A DNA stretch of 61,087 nt, counting the filler. It is 3 parts of 3 records of this genome, joined end to end, with 100 filler letters (N's around TTAATTAATTAA, not from the genome) between each part and the next. Parts side by side here need not be neighbours in the genome. Positions count along the whole stretch, not along the records: positions 5,401 to 30,702 come from SRR20825006_2459; 2 more parts are not named here. One strand, 5' to 3'. Of this stretch, positions 19,652 through 29,048 are shown piece after piece. Each line of letters starts with the position of its first letter. Position 1 is the first letter of the stretch. The notes under the pieces are model-generated. The model was not told the origin of the DNA. It was given only the letters and a program-made list of their open reading frames with translations, and did not search any database. Position numbers and translations under genes: made by a program.

Positions 19652-21205
19652 ATGTCAGCGAAACTTAAAATTGGAATGTTTTTTTTCGGGTTATTGGTAG
19701 TGGGTAAGACTGTAGGGCAGGAACCCCGTACCTATAAAGCGCCGGAATTTGATGTGGAATGGCGCAAACCCACAAATCACCCGGATAGAATTGTACTTTC
19801 CTATGGGGAGGATCCATCAACAACCGCCAGTGTTACGTGGCGAACAACTTCTGAAATAGATACTGCCTACGCAGAAATAGCCATTGCAACCGCAGCCCCT
19901 AAATTTTGGCGTAATGCAAAGACCATAAAAGCAGTGACCACAACTTTTGATGCTATAGAGATCAATGAGGCTGAAATACTGGCGAATTACCATTCAGTGT
20001 GGTTTACAGATTTAAAGAGTGATACAACTTATGCATATCGGGTAGGGGATGGCAAACGATGGAGCGAGTGGATTCAATTTAAAACCGCACCAAAAGAAAG
20101 TAAGGACAAGTTCTCATTTTTATACGTAGGGGACACCCAAAATTTTATATTGGAATTATGGTCACGTCTGATCAGGGAGAGCTATAAAAAAGCCCCTGAT
20201 GCAAAATTTATTGTGCATGCAGGTGATTTGGTAAACAACGCCCACAACGAACAACAATGGCAAGAATGGTTTGACGCTGGTGGTTGGATTCATAGTTCCA
20301 TTGGTGCTTTTCCGATTCCGGGAAACCATGAGTATCGAAATTTGAGCCCTGAAGCTTCTGAAAGAAGTTTGTCCGTACAATGGAAACATCAATTTACCTT
20401 ACCGGAAAATGGACCTGAGGGATTGGAAGAAACCGCTTATTACATGGACTATGGGAATATGCGGATTATTGGATTGAACAGTAATGTTGACCATGAGAAA
20501 CAAGCCGAGTGGGTAGATCATATACTATCGAAAACGGATAGTGATTGGGTCATCGTAACATTTCACCATCCTTTGTTTTCCGCTTCCGAGGGTAGGGACA
20601 ATAAAGAATGGAGGGAGTTAATGAAGCCTATTTTTGATCAATATGGGGTTGACCTAGTACTGCAGGGACATGATCATAGTTATGCCCGTGGCAGGGTATC
20701 TCCCAAAGAAAATGTATTGGATGGGGTCAATATGAGAGATAAAACTGGAACTGTATATGTAGTTTCGGTAAGTGGTGGAAAAATGTATGGCTTACGAAAA
20801 AACGCATGGGAAGGTTATGATGCCGAAAGAGATAGGGCGGCTGAAAACACACAGTTGTTCCAAGTAATCACCATCGAGGATAATAAATTGTCCTTTGAAT
20901 CCTACACGGCCGTTGGAGCGCTTTATGATGCGTTTGACTTAATTAAAAGGGCAGATCTTCCCAATGAATTTGTCGAAAGGGATACTGAAGCCATTGTGGA
21001 GCGTAGATTTTCCAATACCATTCCTTATCAAGATCCACTGCCTGAAGGAGCAGAAGAGTCATTATTGTCAAAATACCCTGGATTTGAAATAACCGGAGTA
21101 CATTTTGTAAACGATACCAATTTTATAGGATATAAGGTTCGATTGGAAAGAGGAGAAGACAGGGAGGAAATTTCTTTGGATGTGAATGGAAAATTTTTGG
21201 ATTAA
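19652..21205 (+). CDS. Secreted metallophosphoesterase (purple-acid-phosphatase-like N-terminal domain plus calcineurin-like catalytic domain)
   Basis: YAYRVGDG; metal-binding motifs GDTQ, GDLVN, GNHE, FHHP and GHDH. GDLVN lacks the Tyr ligand of true purple enzymes. Confidence 0.9.
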   Translation: MSAKLKIGMFFFGLLVVGKTVGQEPRTYKAPEFDVEWRKPTNHPDRIVLSYGEDPSTTASVTWRTTSEIDTAYAEIAIATAAPKFWRNAKTIKAVTTTFDAIEINEAEILANYHSVWFTDLKSDTTYAYRVGDGKRWSEWIQFKTAPKESKDKFSFLYVGDTQNFILELWSRLIRESYKKAPDAKFIVHAGDLVNNAHNEQQWQEWFDAGGWIHSSIGAFPIPGNHEYRNLSPEASERSLSVQWKHQFTLPENGPEGLEETAYYMDYGNMRIIGLNSNVDHEKQAEWVDHILSKTDSDWVIVTFHHPLFSASEGRDNKEWRELMKPIFDQYGVDLVLQGHDHSYARGRVSPKENVLDGVNMRDKTGTVYVVSVSGGKMYGLRKNAWEGYDAERDRAAENTQLFQVITIEDNKLSFESYTAVGALYDAFDLIKRADLPNEFVERDTEAIVERRFSNTIPYQDPLPEGAEESLLSKYPGFEITGVHFVNDTNFIGYKVRLERGEDREEISLDVNGKFLD

Positions 21206-21651
21206 TCCAATTTTTTCACCAATCAAAGCGATTGATAGAACATTGATATGTTTTGAAAGTAAGGTGAACAGAGGTTCAGGGGTTTTTTTATCCTCTTGGA
21301 CCTTTCCTGTTCCTAGATTCACAATAAGTACTATCGAATCCAAATCATCAAGTAAAGTCTCATTCTCTCGAATAAAGAAGAGTCTTGTTTGCACTTGGAG
21401 TGCCTATTCCAAATTCACTCGAGTAATTCCTTTAGCGAACTACTATTTTTCTTGGTGGCCAAATAATAGTCACAAGATTCTTTTTGGAGCTAAAAGACTT
21501 AAAATAAATCGTTTTTCCAAACTATTGCTCTGGAGGCTTAATTAGATAAAAACGTTAAAACAATAAAAGGAATTAGAAGCGAACATAGTTCCTAAGCAAT
21601 AAAATTGCTCCATATTTTTGAACTAACAAAAATATTGGGCGGTATCATTAA

Positions 21652-23058
21652 TTAATTTATTTCTAAGCTATCATCGGAAACGGTTTGGTTTCCTATTGCC
21701 TTAGTATTCATAAACCTGCTTACAACTTTTTCAAATGCACTTGGTGCAAAAAGTGCAATAAAATGCGGAGCGTTCTTAACTCTGATAAAGGATATTGAAC
21801 TGCTGTTTTGGGCAAGACGCTTGTAATGTCGCACGGCTCCCTTAATATGTGTTTTGGAATCGAGCGTACCATTGATAATCAAAGTTGGGGGTATGTGTTG
21901 TGGTGTTTTCCCAAAGTGTTCATCCCTAGAGTAGGTTGGCATCGAATTTTCAGCAATTAAACTGGGGAGTGGACTTTTAAACAATAAATCTTTTGACTCA
22001 TCAATAACTTCGGTTTTTGTCATTTCAGGTCTCAGATTATTTTCAGAAGCAGTAATGACCTGGGTTAATGGAATGGAATTGGTTGAGGATTGATACGCCG
22101 CGCCATAGTCATTATAAAACGCTGTGATCTGTGTGATGGCCTTTTGGAGTGGTTCATAGTCGTTGCTATTAAGCCCCTTTATGATTTCTGGTATTGAATT
22201 CCGTACATATGGTATGTCCAACATCATACCAAAAAGGATGGCCAGATCCTGTTTTGGTAAATTAGCAGCAAACTCAGTATCCGTTTTAGTGCGCTCTATG
22301 ATGCTGTTCAATTGCTCTTCCAAGGTTATGTCGTTAGGTGCCCTATGATCAACTTGTTCAAGGAAAGATTTTCCAACATCATCCGTGACCAATGATCTGT
22401 GGCTTAGATCAAATTCATCATCGTCTTGAAGGGGAACCAGAGAATCCAAGATGACGGCATCCAGATCTACTGTCCCTAATTGTAACAAACGTAATACCAA
22501 TTGTGTTCCATAGGAAACACCGTAGATGTAGCGCTCTTCCGTTCCACTAAATTCATTGATCAAGAAGCTAAGGTCCCTAGCGGCATTGGTAATAGTAAAT
22601 GCCTTTACGTACTCCAAATTACTGTACATGTAGTTAAAGCAGGGACCCCATTCATCATTGGCCAGAGCCATCCCATCTGGAGAATCAACTATTTCTTCTT
22701 TGGGACATATTTTACTGGAATATCCAGTGCCCCTATGATCAGGAACAAAAATATCCAGATTAGGAAATAGGTTAGAGAACTGATTGATCAGAGGATATAG
22801 ACTTGCACCGGATTCACCAGGTCCTCCAGGTATTAACCAGATAGATCCCTTTCTATCTTTTTTTGCAGGAAACTTTCTAACGAACAAGTTTATAGTATTT
22901 TCATCACCTTCTTGATAATTCAGGGGGGCTTTGGTAGTAATGCAAACGGAGCCATCAAGTTCAGGGACATTATCGGAATTAGGACAAGATTGGGATTGAG
23001 CGGTCCAAAATGCAAAGAAGCATAGAAAATGAACAGCTGATTGGATGATTTTCTTCAA
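21652..23058 (-). CDS. Secreted alpha/beta hydrolase (TAP / peptidase S33-like)
   Basis: Signal peptide; PGGPG oxyanion loop, DHRGTG, GVSYG nucleophile, NGTLD and APH. Confidence 0.88.
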   Translation of the reverse strand: MKKIIQSAVHFLCFFAFWTAQSQSCPNSDNVPELDGSVCITTKAPLNYQEGDENTINLFVRKFPAKKDRKGSIWLIPGGPGESGASLYPLINQFSNLFPNLDIFVPDHRGTGYSSKICPKEEIVDSPDGMALANDEWGPCFNYMYSNLEYVKAFTITNAARDLSFLINEFSGTEERYIYGVSYGTQLVLRLLQLGTVDLDAVILDSLVPLQDDDEFDLSHRSLVTDDVGKSFLEQVDHRAPNDITLEEQLNSIIERTKTDTEFAANLPKQDLAILFGMMLDIPYVRNSIPEIIKGLNSNDYEPLQKAITQITAFYNDYGAAYQSSTNSIPLTQVITASENNLRPEMTKTEVIDESKDLLFKSPLPSLIAENSMPTYSRDEHFGKTPQHIPPTLIINGTLDSKTHIKGAVRHYKRLAQNSSSISFIRVKNAPHFIALFAPSAFEKVVSRFMNTKAIGNQTVSDDSLEIN

Positions 23059-23132
23059 AATGTAATGGTTTTATAGAGTAAAATTTCAGCCTCTATAAGT
23101 AGAGACGCAAATTTACAATGAATGGTTGCCCG

Positions 23133-23149
23133 TCGTTTATTTAAACTTT
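23133..23149 (+). repeat. 17-bp module-boundary repeat, copy 1
   Basis: TCGTTTATTTAAACTTT (16/17 to consensus TCGTTTATTTGAACTTT). Confidence 0.85.
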
Positions 23150-23346
23150 AAAGATGCCAATAAGAGTCCGTTTCCTCTCCGCCATCAACCATTCTAATTT
23201 GGATATTGAACAATTCGGTCAGAATTTTATCTTTAGTTGAGTTATCAAATTCCTCAAATTTTATTTCCTCAATATGTTCCGAAATTTTGTCTCCGGTGTG
23301 CCATTTTTCCGCCACAATTTTATCAATCAAAATGTTCAATTCGGGT
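23148..23346 (-). pseudogene. Probable 5'-truncated gene fragment
   Basis: Protein-like acidic tail (ELNILIDKIVAEKW...MVDGGEETDSYWHL). Its only start lies inside the AraC gene, and it begins at an inverted copy of the 9206-9219 repeat. Confidence 0.5.
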
Positions 23347-23360
23347 TGTAGCCTTACCCC
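23347..23360 (-). repeat. Inverted copy of the post-traN repeat
   Basis: TGTAGCCTTACCCC is the exact reverse complement of 9206-9219 GGGGTAAGGCTACA. Confidence 0.9.
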
Positions 23361-23379
23361 ATTTTGGATTTTATGTGTT

Positions 23380-24180
23380 TTACAAATATTTGTGAAGGTG
23401 GCTTGCATCGGAAAATCCCCAGTTAAGTGCTACGGTCTCTTGGGTCAGATTAGAATTTTTTAGCTGAAAAGAGGCTCCCTTCACTCGATATTGTAATGCA
23501 AAATCAGAAAAGGTTGAACCCATTAGATCTTTGAACAAGGCCGTGAATTTAGTTACGGACATGTGGCACGCCAAAGCTGCCTCTTTAGTGGTTATGAGCC
23601 TTTTTTCTTCAAAAATCAAGCGTAAGGCTCCTTGAATGGAGGTTCTATGCCCATGATTTGATTCTTGTAAGGGAACTTTCCATTCTTCCATAAGGAAAAG
23701 CAACAATTCAAATAAATATATTTTAGCCCAGTCCGCATCATATTTTTTGGAAAACCTTTGTTGGACTTTTTTTGCCAGATTCTTTATTTCGCCCTTCAAA
23801 TTTACTGCTGTCCTAGGTCTATCCATTGGTGGAACCATAAATGTTGAAGTCATATCCCTATCTAAGAAAAGTGTGGTTGCCAAATATCTTGGGTCGATAA
23901 CAAATACAGCCACCTCACAGGGGGCCTCCAGTATTTCAAAACCATGTGGTTCCCACATATTGCAAAACCAAACCTCCCCTGGCCCTATTTCTATATCGTA
24001 TCCTAGGTACGAGCGTTTCATTTTACCTTTCAATACTACTCCCAGTTCGAATTCATAATGCATGTCAAACCAACCTTCTTCTCTGTTTTCATGCCTGTTC
24101 AATAAGATTTGGATGGGCTTGTTATCGTCAAGTTCAAAATAAAAGCGTTTAAAATCATCTATCTGTGCTCCATTTATCAT
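23380..24180 (-). CDS. AraC-family transcriptional regulator (cupin + HTH; C-terminus appears clipped)
   Basis: MHYEFELG...WEPHG cupin; HTH ends at WGFSDASHLHKYL; divergent from the GMC operon. Confidence 0.9.
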   Translation of the reverse strand: MINGAQIDDFKRFYFELDDNKPIQILLNRHENREEGWFDMHYEFELGVVLKGKMKRSYLGYDIEIGPGEVWFCNMWEPHGFEILEAPCEVAVFVIDPRYLATTLFLDRDMTSTFMVPPMDRPRTAVNLKGEIKNLAKKVQQRFSKKYDADWAKIYLFELLLFLMEEWKVPLQESNHGHRTSIQGALRLIFEEKRLITTKEAALACHMSVTKFTALFKDLMGSTFSDFALQYRVKGASFQLKNSNLTQETVALNWGFSDASHLHKYL

Positions 24181-24431
24181 ATTCTTTCATGATTTTACAA
24201 AAAATATGGAGTAATTTACAAAAAGACACATATAAGAATTGACCATATTTGAAATTAAACTTTAATCAAGGCAATTACAATTTGTTCTTGGGAATGAGTT
24301 TATCACTACTGATAAGAAACTCGGACACACAGTAAACCGGAAAATCGAGGTTGTTTTTTGAACGGATTTATTAGTTAGGCACATCTGGTTTATTAACAAT
24401 CAAATGGAACATTTCTTAATTATGAATTTTT

Positions 24432-26120
24432 ATGGAACATTTTGATGCCATCGTTATAGGATCGGGAATATCTGGAGGCTGGGCTGCCAAAGAACTTTGT
24501 GAACAAGGCTTAAAAACGCTCGTACTGGAAAGGGGAAGGGATGTAGAGCACATCAAAGATTATCCCACCATGACCATGGATCCGTGGGATTTTGAACACC
24601 GGGGCCGAATGACCAAAAAGTTCTATGAAGAAAACCCACTGATTACCAGGGCATCCGGATTTGGGGAGGATACGGCCCATTTTTTTATAAAGGATACTGA
24701 TCATCCCTATGTACAGGATAAACCTTTCGATTGGATACGAGGATATCAAGTAGGTGGTAAATCCCTGATTTGGGGAAGGGCCTGTCAACGTTGGAGCGAT
24801 TACGAGTTCAAAGCACCTGAAAAGTACAATTATGGGATAGGTTGGCCCATTGATTATAATGATATTGCCCCATGGTACTCCCATGTGGAGAAATTCATTG
24901 GCGTATGTGGTAATAAGGATGGTATTGAGGCTATGCCCGATGGGGAGTTTTTGCCCCCTTTCGAATTGAACTGCGTGGAGGAACACATGAAAAGCACGCT
25001 CGAAGAACATTTCTCTGGAAGATATTTGGCTCAGGGAAGATGGGCGCACCTCAGCGAACCAGAGCAAACCCATTTGGACCAAGGTAGGGGCAAGTGCCTT
25101 TGTCGCAATAAGTGTATGAGAGGATGTCCATTCGGAGGGTACTTCAGTTCTAACACCTCCACATTGCCTTGGGCCGAGAAAACAGGTAACCTAACGATTA
25201 GACCGTTTTCGGTAGTGCATTCAATTGTTTACGATGAGGATTCGGGAAAAGCTTCCGGTGTCAAGGTCATTGATTCCAATACAAAAGAGGAGTTCATCTT
25301 CAGCGCCAGAATTATTTTTGTGAATGCATCGGCACTCAATTCCAATTTGATTTTACTCAATTCAAAATCCGATCGTTTTCCCAATGGTCTGGGCAACGAT
25401 TATGACTTATTGGGAAGGTATATCGGTTTTCATATATACAGGGCCCGAGCAGGTGCCAAAATCAGTGGATATGAGGACAAATATTATTATGGTTCAAGGC
25501 CATCGGAATGTATTATAGCCAATTACCGGAATTTAAAGGAACAGGATACCGATTTTCTTGGCGGATATACTATTTTTACCGGAGCCTATCGAAACAGAGC
25601 CGAAGAAATCCCTGACGAGAAACCACACCTTGGGGCAGACTTTAAACACAAACTAAGTAAACCCGGGAATTGGCAAATCTATATGTACATGCAGGGAGAA
25701 ACTATCCCAAAAGCATCGAACAGGGTTTATTTGAGCCAGGATAAGACAGATGATTGGGGCATTCCCTTACTTGTCACAGATGTTGGTTATGATGAAAATG
25801 ACGAAAAAATGATTAAAGATTTTCTTGTGGAAAGTCGTCGCATGCTCGAAAAAATGGGCTGTACGGATATAGACACACAGGACAACAACCAAGCACCTGG
25901 ATTGGATATCCACGAAATGGGTGGTGTAAGAATGGGGAAAGACCCTGAGACTTCCCTTCTGAACAAATACAACCAAATGCATGAATGCAAAAATGTATTT
26001 GTGACCGATGGCGCCTGTATGACCAGTACGGGCAATCAAAGTCCATCCATTCTGTATATGGCACTTACAGCACGGGCAGCCACATATGCTGCGGCCCAGT
26101 TTAAAAAAGGATTGTTATAA
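24432..26120 (+). CDS. GMC-family FAD oxidoreductase (glycoside 3-dehydrogenase-like large subunit)
   Basis: DAIVIGSGISGGWAAKEL, GYQVGGKS, CLCRNKCMRGC Cys cluster, IHEMGGVRMG and QSPSILYMALTARAA. Confidence 0.92.
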   Translation: MEHFDAIVIGSGISGGWAAKELCEQGLKTLVLERGRDVEHIKDYPTMTMDPWDFEHRGRMTKKFYEENPLITRASGFGEDTAHFFIKDTDHPYVQDKPFDWIRGYQVGGKSLIWGRACQRWSDYEFKAPEKYNYGIGWPIDYNDIAPWYSHVEKFIGVCGNKDGIEAMPDGEFLPPFELNCVEEHMKSTLEEHFSGRYLAQGRWAHLSEPEQTHLDQGRGKCLCRNKCMRGCPFGGYFSSNTSTLPWAEKTGNLTIRPFSVVHSIVYDEDSGKASGVKVIDSNTKEEFIFSARIIFVNASALNSNLILLNSKSDRFPNGLGNDYDLLGRYIGFHIYRARAGAKISGYEDKYYYGSRPSECIIANYRNLKEQDTDFLGGYTIFTGAYRNRAEEIPDEKPHLGADFKHKLSKPGNWQIYMYMQGETIPKASNRVYLSQDKTDDWGIPLLVTDVGYDENDEKMIKDFLVESRRMLEKMGCTDIDTQDNNQAPGLDIHEMGGVRMGKDPETSLLNKYNQMHECKNVFVTDGACMTSTGNQSPSILYMALTARAATYAAAQFKKGLL

Positions 26121-26132
26121 TAAATTAAGATT

Positions 26133-27215
26133 ATGGACAAAAAAGTCGGAGTCGGACTCGTCGGTTCTCAATTCATATCAAGTATACATGCCGATGCATT
26201 GAGCAGGGTATCGGATGCGGAGATTTTAGCGGTAATGTCTCCTACAAAAGGGCATGCCGAAAACTTTGCAGAAAAGTTCAACATTCCCAATCATTTTACG
26301 GATCTGGACAAAATGTTGGCAATGCCGCAAATTGATATGGTGGTCATTGGCGCACCCAACTATCTACACTGTGAGATTACTTTAAAGATAGCAAAGGCAG
26401 GCAAACATGTAGTGGTTGAAAAACCTTTGTGCATGAACTTAAAGGAAGCGGATTTAATGATCGATGCCTGTAAAAAAGCCAATGTAAAGCTCATGTATGC
26501 CGAAGAACTTTGTTTCGCCCCTAAATATGTGCGTTTGAAGGCTTTATTGGACGAAGGAGCCCTTGGAGAGCCTGTGCTCTTCAAACAATCGGAAAAACAC
26601 GATGGCCCTCACGCCGACCACTTTTGGGATATTGAACGCTCTGGAGGTGGGGTAACTATGGATATGGGCTGCCATGCCATCCAATTTTTTAGATGGCTAC
26701 ATCCTAAAAAAAACATTAAATCGGTATATGCCCAAATGATGACCAGTGTGCACGGCGATAAAACCGAAGGTGATGACAACTCCATTATTATTCTGGAATT
26801 CGAAGATGGTGTAACGGCCGTAATGGAAGAAAGCTGGACCAAACTCGGGGGCATGGACGATAAAGCCGAAATACATGGTTCTGAAGGAGTGGCCTACGCA
26901 GATATACTCCAAGGCAACTCAATCCAAACATACAGTAGCAAGGGAGTGGGCTATGCTGTGGAAAAGGCAGGAAACACCATTGGGTGGAGCTATACCATGT
27001 TTGAAGAGAGCTGGAACTATGGCTTCCCACAGGAATTTGAACATTTTGTGGATTGTGTCAAAAATGACAAACAGCCCTTGGTGACAGGGGAAGATGGAAA
27101 GGCTGTACTGGAAGTGATTCTTGCGGCCTATGAATCAGCGGGCACTGGAAAAAAAGTGCCACTTCCTTTCAAATCGGATGTGGACAAGCCCTATAAATTA
27201 TGGAAGAAAGTATAG
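26133..27215 (+). CDS. Gfo/Idh/MocA NAD(P)-dependent oxidoreductase
   Basis: GKHVVVEKPL and GGGVTMDMGCH motifs. Confidence 0.93.
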   Translation: MDKKVGVGLVGSQFISSIHADALSRVSDAEILAVMSPTKGHAENFAEKFNIPNHFTDLDKMLAMPQIDMVVIGAPNYLHCEITLKIAKAGKHVVVEKPLCMNLKEADLMIDACKKANVKLMYAEELCFAPKYVRLKALLDEGALGEPVLFKQSEKHDGPHADHFWDIERSGGGVTMDMGCHAIQFFRWLHPKKNIKSVYAQMMTSVHGDKTEGDDNSIIILEFEDGVTAVMEESWTKLGGMDDKAEIHGSEGVAYADILQGNSIQTYSSKGVGYAVEKAGNTIGWSYTMFEESWNYGFPQEFEHFVDCVKNDKQPLVTGEDGKAVLEVILAAYESAGTGKKVPLPFKSDVDKPYKLWKKV

Positions 27216-27250
27216 TGGTCATGTTCCCACTATTCCAAACAGATTAAAAC

Positions 27251-27805
27251 ATGGAAAGAAGAGATGCTTTAAAACTTACAGCCACCATTTTGGGAGGAAG
27301 TGTCATAGGAGCCCAATTCTTTTTGTCGGGCTGTGTTGTGCCCCCCAAGAAAAGGTCTGAAATTGTAACCAATGACGATGTTCACTTTCTTGATGAAATA
27401 GGCGAAACCATTCTTCCTGACACAGACGAGTCCCCTGGGGCAAAGGCAGCTCATATTGGAGCATTTATGAAAACAATCGTAAATGACTGTTATAGCAAAG
27501 ATGAAGCCTTAATCTTTATCAGTGGTTTGGATAAAATCGAGGAAAGATCCATAGATGTATTTCGAGAATCATTTCTCTCTTTATCGAAAGAAAAAAAACT
27601 AAATCTACTTACCCAATTTGATGAGGAGGCCAAAAAAGCCACATCTTTGGAGAAGCCCCATTTTTTCACCATGCTCAAAGAGCTTACCGTTTGGGGTTAT
27701 TTTACTTCTGAGATTGGTGCGACCCAAGCCCTTCGTTACAATCCAGTTCCCGGTAGATTTGAAGGCTGCATTCCCTATACAGGTGAAAGCGTTTGGATAT
27801 CATGA
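27251..27805 (+). CDS. Gluconate 2-dehydrogenase subunit 3 family protein (Tat-exported small subunit)
   Basis: MERRDALK twin-arginine signal; ETILPDTDESPGAKAA; KELTVWGYFTSEIG; VPGRFEGC. Confidence 0.9.
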   Translation: MERRDALKLTATILGGSVIGAQFFLSGCVVPPKKRSEIVTNDDVHFLDEIGETILPDTDESPGAKAAHIGAFMKTIVNDCYSKDEALIFISGLDKIEERSIDVFRESFLSLSKEKKLNLLTQFDEEAKKATSLEKPHFFTMLKELTVWGYFTSEIGATQALRYNPVPGRFEGCIPYTGESVWIS

Positions 27806-28509
27806 ACAACCAATTCTTTGAAGACTATGAAGCGATGAGCGCACATGCGGGCCATATTGTACTCTCAGAACTTAAAAGGAAAAAAAACCTTCGTATTTGT
27901 GCAGCTACCGGAAACTCCCCGACAGGAACCTACGAGTTTTTGGCAAGGCAATATTTGAATCGGCCAGAGCTTTTCGAAAAGCTCCATATTGTAAAATTGG
28001 ATGAATGGGGCGGGCTACCCGATACAAACCCAGGTTCTTGTGAGTATTATTTGCAGGAACACCTTCTAAGTCCCTTGCATATTCCCAATGATCGATACAC
28101 TGGTTTTATCACCAACCCACAAAATGCTTCGAAAGAGTGTAATAGGATTCAACAAAAGATTGAAAATGATGGTTTAATCGATTTGTGTATTTTGGGATTG
28201 GGGAAGAACGGACATATTGGCTTTAATGAGCCTGATTACCACTTGCAGCCATTTTGCCATGTGGCTCAACTTTCGGAGGCATCACAAAAGCATGGTATGG
28301 TTAAGGATTTGGATATAAAACCATCGTTCGGAATGACGCTGGGTATGCAAAACATCCTCTCTGCCAAAAGAATAATCCTCTTGATTTATGGAACGGGCAA
28401 AGAAGAAGTACGCTCCAAATTGAAGAAAAAAATCATAACTACCCAATTGCCTGCTACTTTCTTATGGCTTCACCCCAAGGTTGATTGTTTGCAAGTAAAA
28501 AGTACCTAG
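27802..28509 (+). CDS. Glucosamine/galactosamine-6-phosphate isomerase (NagB/AgaI-like)
   Basis: ATGNSPTGTY, KLDEWGG, LGLGKNGHIGFNEP and LPATFLWLHP; ATGA overlap with the upstream gene. Confidence 0.88.
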   Translation: MNNQFFEDYEAMSAHAGHIVLSELKRKKNLRICAATGNSPTGTYEFLARQYLNRPELFEKLHIVKLDEWGGLPDTNPGSCEYYLQEHLLSPLHIPNDRYTGFITNPQNASKECNRIQQKIENDGLIDLCILGLGKNGHIGFNEPDYHLQPFCHVAQLSEASQKHGMVKDLDIKPSFGMTLGMQNILSAKRIILLIYGTGKEEVRSKLKKKIITTQLPATFLWLHPKVDCLQVKST

Positions 28510-28534
28510 TGGCCCCTTAAGGGTTTGGATTGAA

Positions 28535-28551
28535 TCGTTTATTTGAACTTT
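28535..28551 (+). repeat. 17-bp module-boundary repeat, copy 2
   Basis: TCGTTTATTTGAACTTT (consensus). Confidence 0.9.
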
Positions 28552-28560
28552 GTTGACAGG

Positions 28561-28953
28561 TTAGGCTGTCGGTACAATCTCTATTAGAATCTCATTTCCA
28601 ACTTTATCGTAATATATACAGGTCATTCTACCAAGATTCACTTTCCATTTTTCGATTCCTGTTTCAGCACAATGTTGACAAAAGGTAAGATAATCCGTTT
28701 CTCCCTTTTGATGAATTCTTAAATACTTTTCAAATCCTTCCTTATCACAAAAATCAGCAATGATCAGCATATCATATTTTGCTTCAGATTTGGTTTGAAA
28801 TCCATCTTTTCCAAAATATTGGGTATGACTATCAGTTACCCATGTTTCAAATGCGGTTACACCAATGTCTTTGATTTCTTGAATGTATTTTGGAAAATCA
28901 GCACCAGATTTAACCTTCTCATGTGCGGTTTCGATTTGCTCTATGGTAAACAT
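28561..28953 (-). CDS. DUF1398 family protein
   Basis: MFTIEQIETAHEKVKSGADFPKYIQEIK...HQKGETDYLTFC...GIEKW...CIYYD. Confidence 0.85.
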   Translation of the reverse strand: MFTIEQIETAHEKVKSGADFPKYIQEIKDIGVTAFETWVTDSHTQYFGKDGFQTKSEAKYDMLIIADFCDKEGFEKYLRIHQKGETDYLTFCQHCAETGIEKWKVNLGRMTCIYYDKVGNEILIEIVPTA

Positions 28954-29016
28954 TGTTTAAATTTTAGTTGTAAATGAATATCCGAGTTATTTTTACATAA
29001 ACCGTAAACCTGTTCA

Positions 29017-29033
29017 TCGTTTTTTTGAACTTT
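29017..29033 (+). repeat. 17-bp module-boundary repeat, copy 3
   Basis: TCGTTTTTTTGAACTTT (16/17). Confidence 0.88.
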
Positions 29034-29048
29034 AGTTTTCCTTTTTAA

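Noticed and set aside
21068-21545. Two overlapping ORFs after the phosphatase gene
   Set aside because: No recognisable motifs and both overlap the phosphatase end. This may be decayed coding DNA but cannot be supported.
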